Part shown: positions 6,956 to 15,642 of the stretch, piece after piece
How the letters are laid out: the number at the start of each line of letters is the position of its first letter
How positions within the stretch are numbered: the first letter of the stretch is position 1
Source of the DNA: Elusimicrobia bacterium RIFCSPHIGHO2_02_FULL_57_9
GTDB taxonomy: Bacteria; Elusimicrobiota; Elusimicrobia; UBA1565; UBA9628
Direction: 5' to 3'
DNA length: 27,881 nucleotides
NCBI GenBank assembly: GCA_001800015.1
Contig: MGUO01000138.1
Location: 1 to 27,881 of the forward strand
Made by a program: the position numbers and the translations under genes
The notes under the pieces: model-generated
What the model saw: the letters and a program-made list of their open reading frames with translations, nothing else
What the model was told of the DNA's origin: nothing
Database searches by the model: none

Positions 6956-8454
6956 CGCCCGAAAATAATTCCTTATCGGCCGCAGCACCAGGCGCTCTGC
7001 GCCAGGTGATCCGCACTCGCTTCGCCCCGTCGCCCACCGGCTTTCTCCACATTGGAGGGGCCAGGACCGCGTTGTTTAATTGGCTTTTCGTCCGGCATCA
7101 CAAAGGTCGGTTTATCCTGCGCATCGAGGATACCGACGAGGTCCGTTCCACCGGCGATTCGGTCAACGCCATTCTTGATTCCATACGCTGGCTGGATCTT
7201 AGTTGGGATGAAGGTCCGCTCGACGATAAACGAGATTCCGGATCGTATGCGCCCTATTATCAGATGCAGCGGCTTGAGCTGTATCAGAAATACATGGCGC
7301 AGTTGGTCAAGGAGGGACTGGCCTATTCTTGTTACTGTTCCAAGGAAGATTTGGACGCCATGCGGCGTTTGGCGCAACTGGAAAAACGGCCTCCCCGCTA
7401 TGACGGCCGCTGCCGCGAGTTGACGCAATCCCGGCGCAAGGAACTGGAGGCGGCCGGAAAGAAGGCCTCTCTACGCTTTAAAATGCCGGAGGAAGGAACC
7501 ACGGTGGTGCCGGATTTAATCCGCGGCAATGTCAGCTTCGAAAATAAATTGCAGCAGGATTTTGTCATACGAAAAACCACCGGCGGCCCGACTTATAATT
7601 TCGCCTGCGTGATTGACGATCATCTCATGGAGATCAGCCATGTGATCCGCGGCGACGAGCATTTATCCAACACCCCTTCCCAGATCCAGATTTACAAGGC
7701 CCTGGGGTGGGAGCCGCCTAAATTCGCGCATCTTTCCATGATTTTGGGGCCGGACGGCGCCAAGCTTTCCAAGCGCCACGGCGCGACCTCGGTGCTGGAG
7801 TACAAGCAGCAGGGTTTCTTGCCGGCGGCCTTGCGCAATTACTTGGCTTTGCTCGGCTGGTCGACAACCGATTCCCAGCAGCTTTTCACCGAGGCTGAAC
7901 TTTTCGAACGATTCGATTTGGCGGGTTGCCAAAAAAGCCCGGCGACCTTCGATCCCGTCAAACTTTCCTGGATGAATGGGGAATACATCCGCAAAATGCC
8001 GATCGCCCGATTGGTCAAGGAAGCCGAACCGTTTATTAAAGCCGCCGGCATTGCGTCCAACGGCGGTCCGAGCCTGGAGAAGGCCGTCTCCCTGGAGCAT
8101 GAAAAATACAAACAGCTGACGGAAGTCCCGAGGTTGATCGATTTTTTCTACAAACCGGTCGAATTCACGCCTCAGGCCATGGACCAAGTGTTGCGCCAAT
8201 CAGGGGTTAAGCGGATCCTGGTGGAGTTGGCGGAGGATTTAAACCAGGTTTCTCCGTTCACCCACGATATCCTGGAGGAACGGGTGCGGAAATTTTGCGC
8301 GAACCGGGGACTTAAAACAGGCCAGGTGTTTCATCCCCTGCGCGCCGCTTCCACGGGACGCACGGAAGGCCCCACCCTGTTTTTGATGCTTGAGATCATG
8401 GGTCGAGATATGGTAATCTCCCGCCTTAAATCAGCCGCCGCCTTGCTTAATTAA
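6949..8454 (+). CDS. gltX: Glutamate--tRNA ligase
   Basis: RFAPSPTGFLHIGG, LRIEDTD, IRGDEHLSN, KLSKRHGA. Alternative GTG start at 7006. Confidence 0.97.
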   Translation: MLTPENNSLSAAAPGALRQVIRTRFAPSPTGFLHIGGARTALFNWLFVRHHKGRFILRIEDTDEVRSTGDSVNAILDSIRWLDLSWDEGPLDDKRDSGSYAPYYQMQRLELYQKYMAQLVKEGLAYSCYCSKEDLDAMRRLAQLEKRPPRYDGRCRELTQSRRKELEAAGKKASLRFKMPEEGTTVVPDLIRGNVSFENKLQQDFVIRKTTGGPTYNFACVIDDHLMEISHVIRGDEHLSNTPSQIQIYKALGWEPPKFAHLSMILGPDGAKLSKRHGATSVLEYKQQGFLPAALRNYLALLGWSTTDSQQLFTEAELFERFDLAGCQKSPATFDPVKLSWMNGEYIRKMPIARLVKEAEPFIKAAGIASNGGPSLEKAVSLEHEKYKQLTEVPRLIDFFYKPVEFTPQAMDQVLRQSGVKRILVELAEDLNQVSPFTHDILEERVRKFCANRGLKTGQVFHPLRAASTGRTEGPTLFLMLEIMGRDMVISRLKSAAALLN

Positions 8455-8463
8455 GAGGGTTTT

Positions 8464-8949
8464 ATGAAAAAAAGAACGATCAAGAAAAAAATCGCGGTTC
8501 CAAGCGTTGAACGCCGGCATTCGCGTCACCCTTCCGTTGCCAGGCCTCTGCCCAAGGGGAAGGTGGGGCCTATCCGCAAGCAGTTGTTGGCCATGCGCGA
8601 TGACCTTATGAACACCGTGCGCAATCAACAGGTTTCGGATACTTCCGGCGATATAGGCGATCCCGTGGATCAGGCCAGCCAGTCGATTGAGAAAGAGCTG
8701 CTTTTCGAGCTTTCCGACAATGAGCGGACGACCTTGGATCAAATCGAGGCGGCTTTAAGGAAAATCGGGAAAGGCACTTACGGTGTATGCGAGTCTTGCC
8801 AACAGCCTATAGCCAAACAGCGTCTTTCGGCCCTTCCCTTTGCTCGTTATTGCATCGGCTGCCAGAGTTCTTCGGAAAGTTCCCCGGAGCTGGTGGAGCC
8901 GGTGCCGGAACTCCGAGGCTTTGGCGGCGGCGAAACGCCGGCCGAATAA
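8464..8949 (+). CDS. dksA: DksA/TraR family C4 zinc-finger protein
   Basis: Coiled-coil tip DPVDQA (DxxDxA); YGVCESC...RLSALPFARYCIGC; SD-like GAGGG upstream. Confidence 0.88.
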   Translation: MKKRTIKKKIAVPSVERRHSRHPSVARPLPKGKVGPIRKQLLAMRDDLMNTVRNQQVSDTSGDIGDPVDQASQSIEKELLFELSDNERTTLDQIEAALRKIGKGTYGVCESCQQPIAKQRLSALPFARYCIGCQSSSESSPELVEPVPELRGFGGGETPAE

Positions 8950-8975
8950 CGAAAACACCTTCCTTTCCCACCGTA

Positions 8976-9004
8976 TTGAAAATGTAACAAGTCTGGGCTA
9001 CACT
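8976..9004 (+). promoter_or_regulatory. Putative sigma70 promoter for the 806-aa gene
   Basis: TTGAAA (8976-8981), 17 nt spacer, TACACT (8999-9004). Confidence 0.6.
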
Positions 9005-9017
9005 TCCATGATAGCCC

Positions 9018-11438
9018 ATGCGCTATTTCATTTATAAAGACTCGCAAATTTCCGGGCCTTTTTCCCGGGAGGAATTGGCGCAAATAAGCGATTTGCGCCC
9101 GGAGACCCTGGTTTGCGAGGAGGGTATTTCCGGCGGCCATGACGGCGATTGGAAGGCCATCGACCAAATATCCGAGCTGGCCGAGCTCGACGCTCCATCC
9201 GCGGTTTCCTTGGCGCAGAGGCCGCCTTCGTGGGAAGGGCAATCCCCAGGCGGTGTCGCGGGCGACCGAGGCGCGGTCGATGAATTCGAGCCCGCCGACC
9301 TCCCGGATTGGGATACGCTTTGGGTCAAATCCGGGGAAAGCGCCGGAGCTTTATCCCTGGCTGAAAGCAAAATCCAGGACCTAAATCAGCAGTTAGACGT
9401 CCTGCGGGCGCGACTGGTCGAATGGGAGAAAAGGAGTAGTTCCGGAGCCGACAAAGAGCGTAAGACTTCCTACAAGTCTAAATCCACGGATGAAACCAAA
9501 CAGGCTCTGGCGTTGGCCTTGTCGGCCGAGGGCAAGGCCAGGGAGCTGAGCCGTCAAATGCAGCTTCTTTCGGAGCGATACGAGCGCATGCTGCACCGTT
9601 GGGAAAACACCGAACTTCAGCGGGAACGCGAAAGTTTCTCCTCTAAGTCGGGCAGTGAGTTGCTCCGGGTGGAAGATAAAATACGAGATCTGACCAATCA
9701 ATTAGAAAAAATATCGGATAAGGTTCGCCAACCCAAGAAGGAAGAAGATGATAAATTCTCAGTGCTCTCCGAGCGCATGGAAACTCTTTTGGAAAGATTC
9801 GCGGCATGGGAAAGAAAACTGGAGGAGGCGGAGGTCGAGAAAATAGAGGAGCCCGCGCCGCGGAATGAGGAAGGTGTTTCCGCGGCGTTGGCCGAAGGCC
9901 AACGCCCCCCCTTACCATACGGCCCGGCGCCGCAGGAGGTCTCACAGGCCCCGCCCCCGGCGCCGGAACAACCGCCTGAGCCGGCCGAAGAACCCGCTGC
10001 GCCGGAGCCAAGCTCTGAACCGGAGGGAAATAGTCCCGTGGCCCAGTCCTGGTGGACCGAGTCCGAATCTCAGCGCCTTAAGCCGCGCGTTAAATTGCAG
10101 CCTTTAAATCTTAAGGCCAAGCAGGAGTCGTCCTCAGAGCCGCCCAAGACCGCAAAAACCAAGATTAAGCTATCTCCCGCGAAAACCCTGCGCGTTATAA
10201 TTAAGGGGCATAAGAAGGAGGAAGGCGCTCCCGCGGCGTTGGCCGAAGGCCAGCGTGGCCCCTTACCATACGGCCAGGCGCAGCCGGATACCGTAGAGTT
10301 GGAGCCCGAACCAGCGCCGGGAGGCATTTCCTTAACCCCGATTCCTCCTCTATTCCAGCCTATGGCCCAAGCGCCGGCCGCAGCGCCGCTGCGGAAAGAG
10401 GAAGACGTTTCCGCGGTGCCTGGCCCTTTACCATACGGCCAGGCGCCCGAAGAACAAGCCCAGCCGCCCCAGGAAATCGCGTCCGATACGGCGCCCTTTG
10501 AGTTGGAAGCTAGCCCAACGCCTTTCGAACCAGCGCCGAGCCCGGTTGACTTTGAGCTTACGCCGGGGCCGTCTTCCTTTGAGCCCGTGCCGGCTCCCGC
10601 CTACGAATCGGCCCCGAGTCCGACCGTTGAACCTATGACGAAGCTTCCTATTTTGGCGCCCCTTCCATCGGAAGAAACCCCGGTTCCGGGCGCCACTGCG
10701 CCTTTCGAGGAGTTTTTATCCAAACCCCGGCCGACTCGCGCGGCCAGGCCGGCCCCCAAACCTTTCCCCAAACGTTTAGTCGGAGGCGTTGTTTTATTGC
10801 TTGTCCTGGCAGTCATCGGGTTTGTCTTTTTCGGCGGTTCTCAGCCAAGCCCGAAGCCGGCGCAGTCCGGGGAAGAGCAAGCGCCGGCTTCGGCGAGTTT
10901 GGCGCCGACCATGCCAGCTCAACCAGCGCCGCCCCCCTTGGGGCCGACGGCGGCCGCGCCGAATTCCGGGCCTGTTCCTGGATATGACGGCAGCGACGCC
11001 GCGTTGAACTTGGTTAAGAATTATCCTTTAGACGGCAATCGGGGAACCGTGGAGAAATGGCTGCAATATTCTTTCATGGCCAATCCCAGCAGCGGCAATA
11101 AGGAGGAATGGACGGCCGGGGCCGTGGATGCGACGACTTATTTGGTGCAGTATAGGGTTCTCCCGGGTCTTCAGAGCGGCGTCAAGGAATCGATCACCTA
11201 TCTATTCGAGGCGGACATAAGCCGCAGGACGGTTAAAGGCAGCAACCCCTCTTCTCGGCAGCTTATGGCCGGGGCCGCTGCGCCCGCGCAATCCCCTCCG
11301 CGGCGTAAAAGGCAGGCCGCAGCGGGTTCTCGCAAGGTAAAAAGGCTCCCGCAGCTGCCTCTTCCCAGCGACAAGCAATTAAATCCGCGTAAAAAAGTTA
11401 AATCGGCGCCAAGACAAAATACGGACATGGATTTATAG
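9018..11438 (+). CDS. Hypothetical bitopic membrane protein: N-terminal GYF_2 (DUF4339)-like domain, coiled coil, long Pro/Glu-rich linker, one TM helix, C-terminal globular domain; 806 aa
   Basis: YFIYKDSQISGPFSREEL...LRPETLV...DWKAI resembles GYF_2; heptad-rich segment at about aa 110-275; TM LVGGVVLLLVLAVIGFVFFGG from 10776; lies between two near-consensus promoters. Confidence 0.8.
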   Translation: MRYFIYKDSQISGPFSREELAQISDLRPETLVCEEGISGGHDGDWKAIDQISELAELDAPSAVSLAQRPPSWEGQSPGGVAGDRGAVDEFEPADLPDWDTLWVKSGESAGALSLAESKIQDLNQQLDVLRARLVEWEKRSSSGADKERKTSYKSKSTDETKQALALALSAEGKARELSRQMQLLSERYERMLHRWENTELQRERESFSSKSGSELLRVEDKIRDLTNQLEKISDKVRQPKKEEDDKFSVLSERMETLLERFAAWERKLEEAEVEKIEEPAPRNEEGVSAALAEGQRPPLPYGPAPQEVSQAPPPAPEQPPEPAEEPAAPEPSSEPEGNSPVAQSWWTESESQRLKPRVKLQPLNLKAKQESSSEPPKTAKTKIKLSPAKTLRVIIKGHKKEEGAPAALAEGQRGPLPYGQAQPDTVELEPEPAPGGISLTPIPPLFQPMAQAPAAAPLRKEEDVSAVPGPLPYGQAPEEQAQPPQEIASDTAPFELEASPTPFEPAPSPVDFELTPGPSSFEPVPAPAYESAPSPTVEPMTKLPILAPLPSEETPVPGATAPFEEFLSKPRPTRAARPAPKPFPKRLVGGVVLLLVLAVIGFVFFGGSQPSPKPAQSGEEQAPASASLAPTMPAQPAPPPLGPTAAAPNSGPVPGYDGSDAALNLVKNYPLDGNRGTVEKWLQYSFMANPSSGNKEEWTAGAVDATTYLVQYRVLPGLQSGVKESITYLFEADISRRTVKGSNPSSRQLMAGAAAPAQSPPRRKRQAAAGSRKVKRLPQLPLPSDKQLNPRKKVKSAPRQNTDMDL
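9867..10448 (+). repeat. Three dispersed in-frame intragenic repeats
   Basis: 9867-9932 EEGVSAALAEGQRPPLPYGPAP; 10218-10283 EEGAPAALAEGQRGPLPYGQAQ; 10398-10448 EEDVSAVPGPLPYGQAP. Conserved at DNA level (CCGCGG...TTACCATACGGCC). Confidence 0.9.
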
Positions 11439-11446
11439 CGGCAGCA

Positions 11447-11475
11447 TTGACAAAGGTGGTTTTGGAGGCTAACCT
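11447..11475 (+). promoter_or_regulatory. Putative sigma70 promoter for pilB-pilT-pilC
   Basis: Perfect TTGACA (11447-11452), 17 nt spacer, TAACCT (11470-11475). Confidence 0.7.
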
Positions 11476-11492
11476 AGTACTCGAAAGCGACC

Positions 11493-13277
11493 ATGGCCAA
11501 CACGCAACACGCCCTATCATTGGGTTTGCCCCGGAGGCTGGCCGACCTTTTGGTCGAGGAAAAGATCATTACCGCAGATCAGCTCAAAAATGCCTTGGAA
11601 ACTCAACGCCAGGGGGGCCAGGGCGGGGACAAGTTGGGCACGATTCTCATCGGAAAGGGGTTTATCAAGGAAGAGCGGCTGCTGGAGTTTTTAAGCCAGC
11701 AATGCGGCATCAGCTATGTGAGCCTCGCTAATATGCCCAAGATTCCGGAAGAGGTTATTGCCGCGGTTCCCGAGGCCATCGCCCGCCAGCACACCTTGCT
11801 CCCCTATAATAAAACCAAGGACCGCATCATCGTGGCCTTGGCTGATCCTCTCAATGTGCTGATTCTAGATGACCTTAAGATGATGACGGGCTGCGACGTC
11901 AGGGCGGTCCTGGCCTCTGAGGCCGAGATATTGGCGGCGCTCGACAAATATTATAAATCAGCCTCCTCCCAAGAGACTCTCGATGAGATCGTCCGGGAAA
12001 GCAATGTCTCGCAAGCCGAAGCCGAGGGCGTTGATTTAGTCGATGAAAAGGCGGAGGATGACGACATTGTTTCTTTGGAAAAATCAGCCGAGGACGCCCC
12101 GGTCATCAAGATGGTCAACCTGATCATGGCCGGAGCCATCAAGGCTCATGCCTCGGACATTCACATCGAACCTTTTCCCAAGGAGTTGCGAGTCCGCTAC
12201 CGCATAGACGGCGTTCTTCATGAACAGCCGGCGCCTCCTAGGAAATTCCACGGCGCCATCTCCACGCGCATCAAGATCATGGCCAACCTAAATATCGCCG
12301 AGAGACGGGTTCCTCAGGATGGGCGCTTGAAGCTCAAGATCTCGGGCAAGGAAATCGATATGCGCGTTTCGGTTCTGCCTTGCGCTCCCGGCGAGAAAAT
12401 CGTCATGCGCATCCTGGATTCCTCGGGGTTAAAGGTTCAGATGTCGCAGCTGGGATTCGAGCCCGAGGCCCTCGCGGTTTTCACGAAGTGCATGAACATG
12501 CCCTACGGCATCAATCTGATCACGGGCCCCACCGGCAGCGGGAAATCGACCACGCTTTATTCGGCCTTGGCTAATTTAAACACTCCGGATACCAATATCA
12601 TCACGTGCGAGGATCCGGTCGAATACCAGCTTCACGGGATCAATCAGGTTCAGGTTAACACCCAGGTGGGGCTGACCTTCGCGGCCGGGCTGCGCGCCTT
12701 CCTGCGCCAGGACCCGGATGTGATTATGGTCGGCGAGGTCCGGGACCTGGAAACCGCCCAAATCGCGATCAACGCCGCTTTAACCGGTCATTTGGTTTTC
12801 TCCACTTTGCATACCAATGACGCACCAGGCTCCATCACCCGCTTGGGCATGATGGGAGTCGAGCCCTTCTTGATGAGTTCCGCCTTGCTGATGATTCTGG
12901 CCCAGCGGCTGGTGCGCGCCATTTGCCTCGAATGCAAGGAAAGCTATGAGGTCGAGTTGGATTGGCTGGTCAAGTTGGGGGTGCCGCCCAATCAATTGCA
13001 GGCCCGCAAAGGGAAAGTGACGCTTTACCGCGGGAAGGGCTGCGAGAACTGCGCCAAGACCGGCTATAGAGGGAGGCAGGGTCTTTACGAAGTGCTGGAA
13101 GTCACCGATCCGATGAGGGAGCTCATATTGAACAAGGCCCCCGCCAGGGAGCTAAAAGCCTTGGGCATCAAGCAGGGGATGCTCACTCTGCGCGCCTGCG
13201 CTGTGCGCAAATTGCTGGCCGGACAGACAACCGTGGAAGAAATGATCCGGGTGACGGCTTCGGACACGGATTCGTAA
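11493..13277 (+). CDS. pilB: Type IV pilus assembly ATPase PilB (GspE/PulE family)
   Basis: MshEN-like N-terminus, Walker A GPTGSGKST, Walker B MVGEVRD, His boxes GHLVFSTLHTND, tetra-Cys CLEC...CENC; pilB-pilT-pilC order. Confidence 0.93.
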   Translation: MANTQHALSLGLPRRLADLLVEEKIITADQLKNALETQRQGGQGGDKLGTILIGKGFIKEERLLEFLSQQCGISYVSLANMPKIPEEVIAAVPEAIARQHTLLPYNKTKDRIIVALADPLNVLILDDLKMMTGCDVRAVLASEAEILAALDKYYKSASSQETLDEIVRESNVSQAEAEGVDLVDEKAEDDDIVSLEKSAEDAPVIKMVNLIMAGAIKAHASDIHIEPFPKELRVRYRIDGVLHEQPAPPRKFHGAISTRIKIMANLNIAERRVPQDGRLKLKISGKEIDMRVSVLPCAPGEKIVMRILDSSGLKVQMSQLGFEPEALAVFTKCMNMPYGINLITGPTGSGKSTTLYSALANLNTPDTNIITCEDPVEYQLHGINQVQVNTQVGLTFAAGLRAFLRQDPDVIMVGEVRDLETAQIAINAALTGHLVFSTLHTNDAPGSITRLGMMGVEPFLMSSALLMILAQRLVRAICLECKESYEVELDWLVKLGVPPNQLQARKGKVTLYRGKGCENCAKTGYRGRQGLYEVLEVTDPMRELILNKAPARELKALGIKQGMLTLRACAVRKLLAGQTTVEEMIRVTASDTDS

Positions 13278-13299
13278 TGCGCCACCATAGCGAGGAGTT

Positions 13300-14376
13300 A
13301 TGATATCAATGAGCGAGTTGTTTATGCTGATGCACGAGCGCGGCGCTTCCGACCTGCATTTAACCGTGGGCGCGCCGCCCGTTTTGCGCATCGACGGCCA
13401 ACTGGTGGCGACTCCTTTCGAGAAGCTGACGCTGGAGAGCGCGCAGGCGCTGATATTTTCCTTGCTGACTGAAACGCAAAGACAGCGTTTTGAGTCCACC
13501 AATGAGCTGGACATGGCTTTCGGCCTAAAAGGCATAGGCCGTCTTAGAATGAATATCTACAGGCAGAGGGGCGCGATCGGGGCGGCGGTGCGGGCCATTC
13601 CTTCTTCCTTCAGGACCTTCGAAGAGATCGGGCTGCCCAGCGTCGTTTACGAAATACTGAAAGTGCCCAAAGGGCTGGTGTTGGTCACCGGCCCCACGGG
13701 CAGCGGAAAATCAACGACCCTGGCCAGCATGATCGATTATTTAAACGAGCAGCACACCTATCATATAGTGACGGTGGAAGATCCCATCGAATACGTCCAT
13801 AGTCATAAGAAATCGCTGGTCAATCAGCGCGAAGTGGGCCAGGACACGGAGAGTTTCCCTTCCGCTCTGAAATATGTCCTGCGCCAGGATCCTAACGTCA
13901 TCCTGATCGGCGAGCTCCGGGATTTAGACACTATCAGCGCGGCCTTGACCATCGCCGAGACCGGGCATCTGGTCTTCGCCACCCTTCATACCACCGACTG
14001 CGCCCAGACCATCAATCGCATTATAGACGTCTTCCCGCAGAATCAGTTGGAGCAAGTTCGCGTCCAGCTCTCTTTCGTTCTTCAGGCCGTCATATCCCAG
14101 CAGTTATTGCCCCATTCCTCGGGAACAGGGCGGGTTCTGGCCAGCGAGGTGCTTATCGTCAATTCAGCCATCCGCAATCTGATCCGGGAGCAAAAGGTCG
14201 AGCAAATCCAGCTCGTTATTCAGACCGGCGGAAAATTCGGCATGCAGACCATGAACCAGTCGCTGGCCGAACTTTATAGACGTCAGCGCGTGACCTATCA
14301 AGAAGTGATGACGCGCTCTTTGGATCCGGAGGATTTAAGGCGCCTATTGCAGAAATCCATGGCGCCCACCCCATAA
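13300..14376 (+). CDS. pilT: Type IV pilus retraction ATPase PilT
   Basis: ASDLHL, GPTGSGKSTT, LIGELRD, GHLVFATLHT, AIRNLIRE motif, GMQTM. Confidence 0.96.
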   Translation: MISMSELFMLMHERGASDLHLTVGAPPVLRIDGQLVATPFEKLTLESAQALIFSLLTETQRQRFESTNELDMAFGLKGIGRLRMNIYRQRGAIGAAVRAIPSSFRTFEEIGLPSVVYEILKVPKGLVLVTGPTGSGKSTTLASMIDYLNEQHTYHIVTVEDPIEYVHSHKKSLVNQREVGQDTESFPSALKYVLRQDPNVILIGELRDLDTISAALTIAETGHLVFATLHTTDCAQTINRIIDVFPQNQLEQVRVQLSFVLQAVISQQLLPHSSGTGRVLASEVLIVNSAIRNLIREQKVEQIQLVIQTGGKFGMQTMNQSLAELYRRQRVTYQEVMTRSLDPEDLRRLLQKSMAPTP

Positions 14377-14377
14377 A

Positions 14378-15607
14378 ATGCCTCCCTTCACTTATAAGGC
14401 CAGAAACGCCCAAGGCGCGGTGCTCGAGGGCATTATAGAGGCCCAAGAGCAGCGCGTCGTTATCGATCAGCTGCGCTCTCAAAAACTGGTCATCTTGGAG
14501 GTTAAGGAAAAAACAATCAGCCCCCTGGATATCATCAAGGGCCTTGTGAAGTCCAAGGGTCAGGTCACGTCCAAGGATTTAGTGCTTTTTTCGCGGCAGC
14601 TTTCCACCTTGGTCAGCGCGGGCGTTCCTATCGTCCAAGGCTTGGCCATCCTTGAGTCGCAAGCGGAAAACCCCGCTTTCAAGGAAGTGCTGGGGGCGGT
14701 GCGGGGCGATATCGAGGGCGGGTTATCCATTTCGGATGCGCTCAGAAAACACCCCGCGGCCTTTCCCGAGTTTTACACCTCCATGGTTAGGGCCGGCGAA
14801 TTGGGCGGCATTCTGGACACTATTTTGGAACGATTGACCGCCTACCTGGAGAGCTCCGAGGCCCTCAAGGCCAAGGTTAAGTCGGCGATGATGTATCCGG
14901 GAATCGTGCTGAGCATTTGCGCCATCGTCACCGTATTTTTGCTTGTTTTCGTCATACCGACCTTCAAGACCATATTTGAAGGCTTCGGGGCCGAGCTCCC
15001 GCTGCCGACCCAAATGCTTATAGATTTATCCGACCTAATGAAACAATATTTTATCCTGATCCTGATTTCTCCAGTGGCGGGGTGGAAGGGTTTTAAGAAA
15101 TTCTACGGCACGGCCAAGGGTAAAAAATGGGTTGACGCCAAGGTGCTCAAGGCGCCGATTTTCGGTATCATTTTAAAGAAGGTGGCCGTGGCCAAATTTA
15201 CGCGCACCTTGGGGACTCTGATCAAATCCGGCGTGCCCATTATGCAGGCTCTGGAAACCGTGGCCGCTACTGCCGGCAATGTCGTGGTTTCCGAGGCCAT
15301 ACTTTCCACCCGGGAGTCCATACGCGAAGGCGGGCATTTAAGCGATCCCCTGAAAAAATCCGGTCTGTTTCCCAACATGGTAACATCCATGATTTCAGTC
15401 GGGGAGGAAACCGGCGCCTTGGACACCATGCTTAACAAAATCGCGGATTTCTATGACATGGAAGTCGACGCGGCCGTCAAAGGACTCACCTCTCTTATCG
15501 AGCCCATCGTCATCGTGATCATGGGCTTTGTCATCGGCACCATCGTCATCGCCATGTTCATGCCCATGTTCGGCATGGGTGAGTTAGCGGGCAACATGGA
15601 CAAATGA
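14378..15607 (+). CDS. pilC: Type IV pilus inner-membrane platform protein PilC (GspF family)
   Basis: FSRQLSTLVSAGVP, GELGGILD, VKSAMMYP, GEETGALD, LIEP, AMFMPMF. Confidence 0.95.
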   Translation: MPPFTYKARNAQGAVLEGIIEAQEQRVVIDQLRSQKLVILEVKEKTISPLDIIKGLVKSKGQVTSKDLVLFSRQLSTLVSAGVPIVQGLAILESQAENPAFKEVLGAVRGDIEGGLSISDALRKHPAAFPEFYTSMVRAGELGGILDTILERLTAYLESSEALKAKVKSAMMYPGIVLSICAIVTVFLLVFVIPTFKTIFEGFGAELPLPTQMLIDLSDLMKQYFILILISPVAGWKGFKKFYGTAKGKKWVDAKVLKAPIFGIILKKVAVAKFTRTLGTLIKSGVPIMQALETVAATAGNVVVSEAILSTRESIREGGHLSDPLKKSGLFPNMVTSMISVGEETGALDTMLNKIADFYDMEVDAAVKGLTSLIEPIVIVIMGFVIGTIVIAMFMPMFGMGELAGNMDK

Positions 15608-15631
15608 ACGCGCGCCGAAAGCGGCGCGCGT
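15608..15631. terminator. Perfect 10-bp hairpin between convergent pilC and uvrC; possible bidirectional terminator
   Basis: ACGCGCGCCG-AAAG-CGGCGCGCGT; no strong U-tract on either strand. Confidence 0.55.
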
Positions 15632-15642
15632 AACCCCGAGTA

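Noticed and set aside
11447-11731. 94-aa ORF starting at TTG 11447 with GGAGG nearby
   Set aside because: The TTG is the -35 hexamer TTGACA; the ORF is out of frame within pilB and has no motifs.
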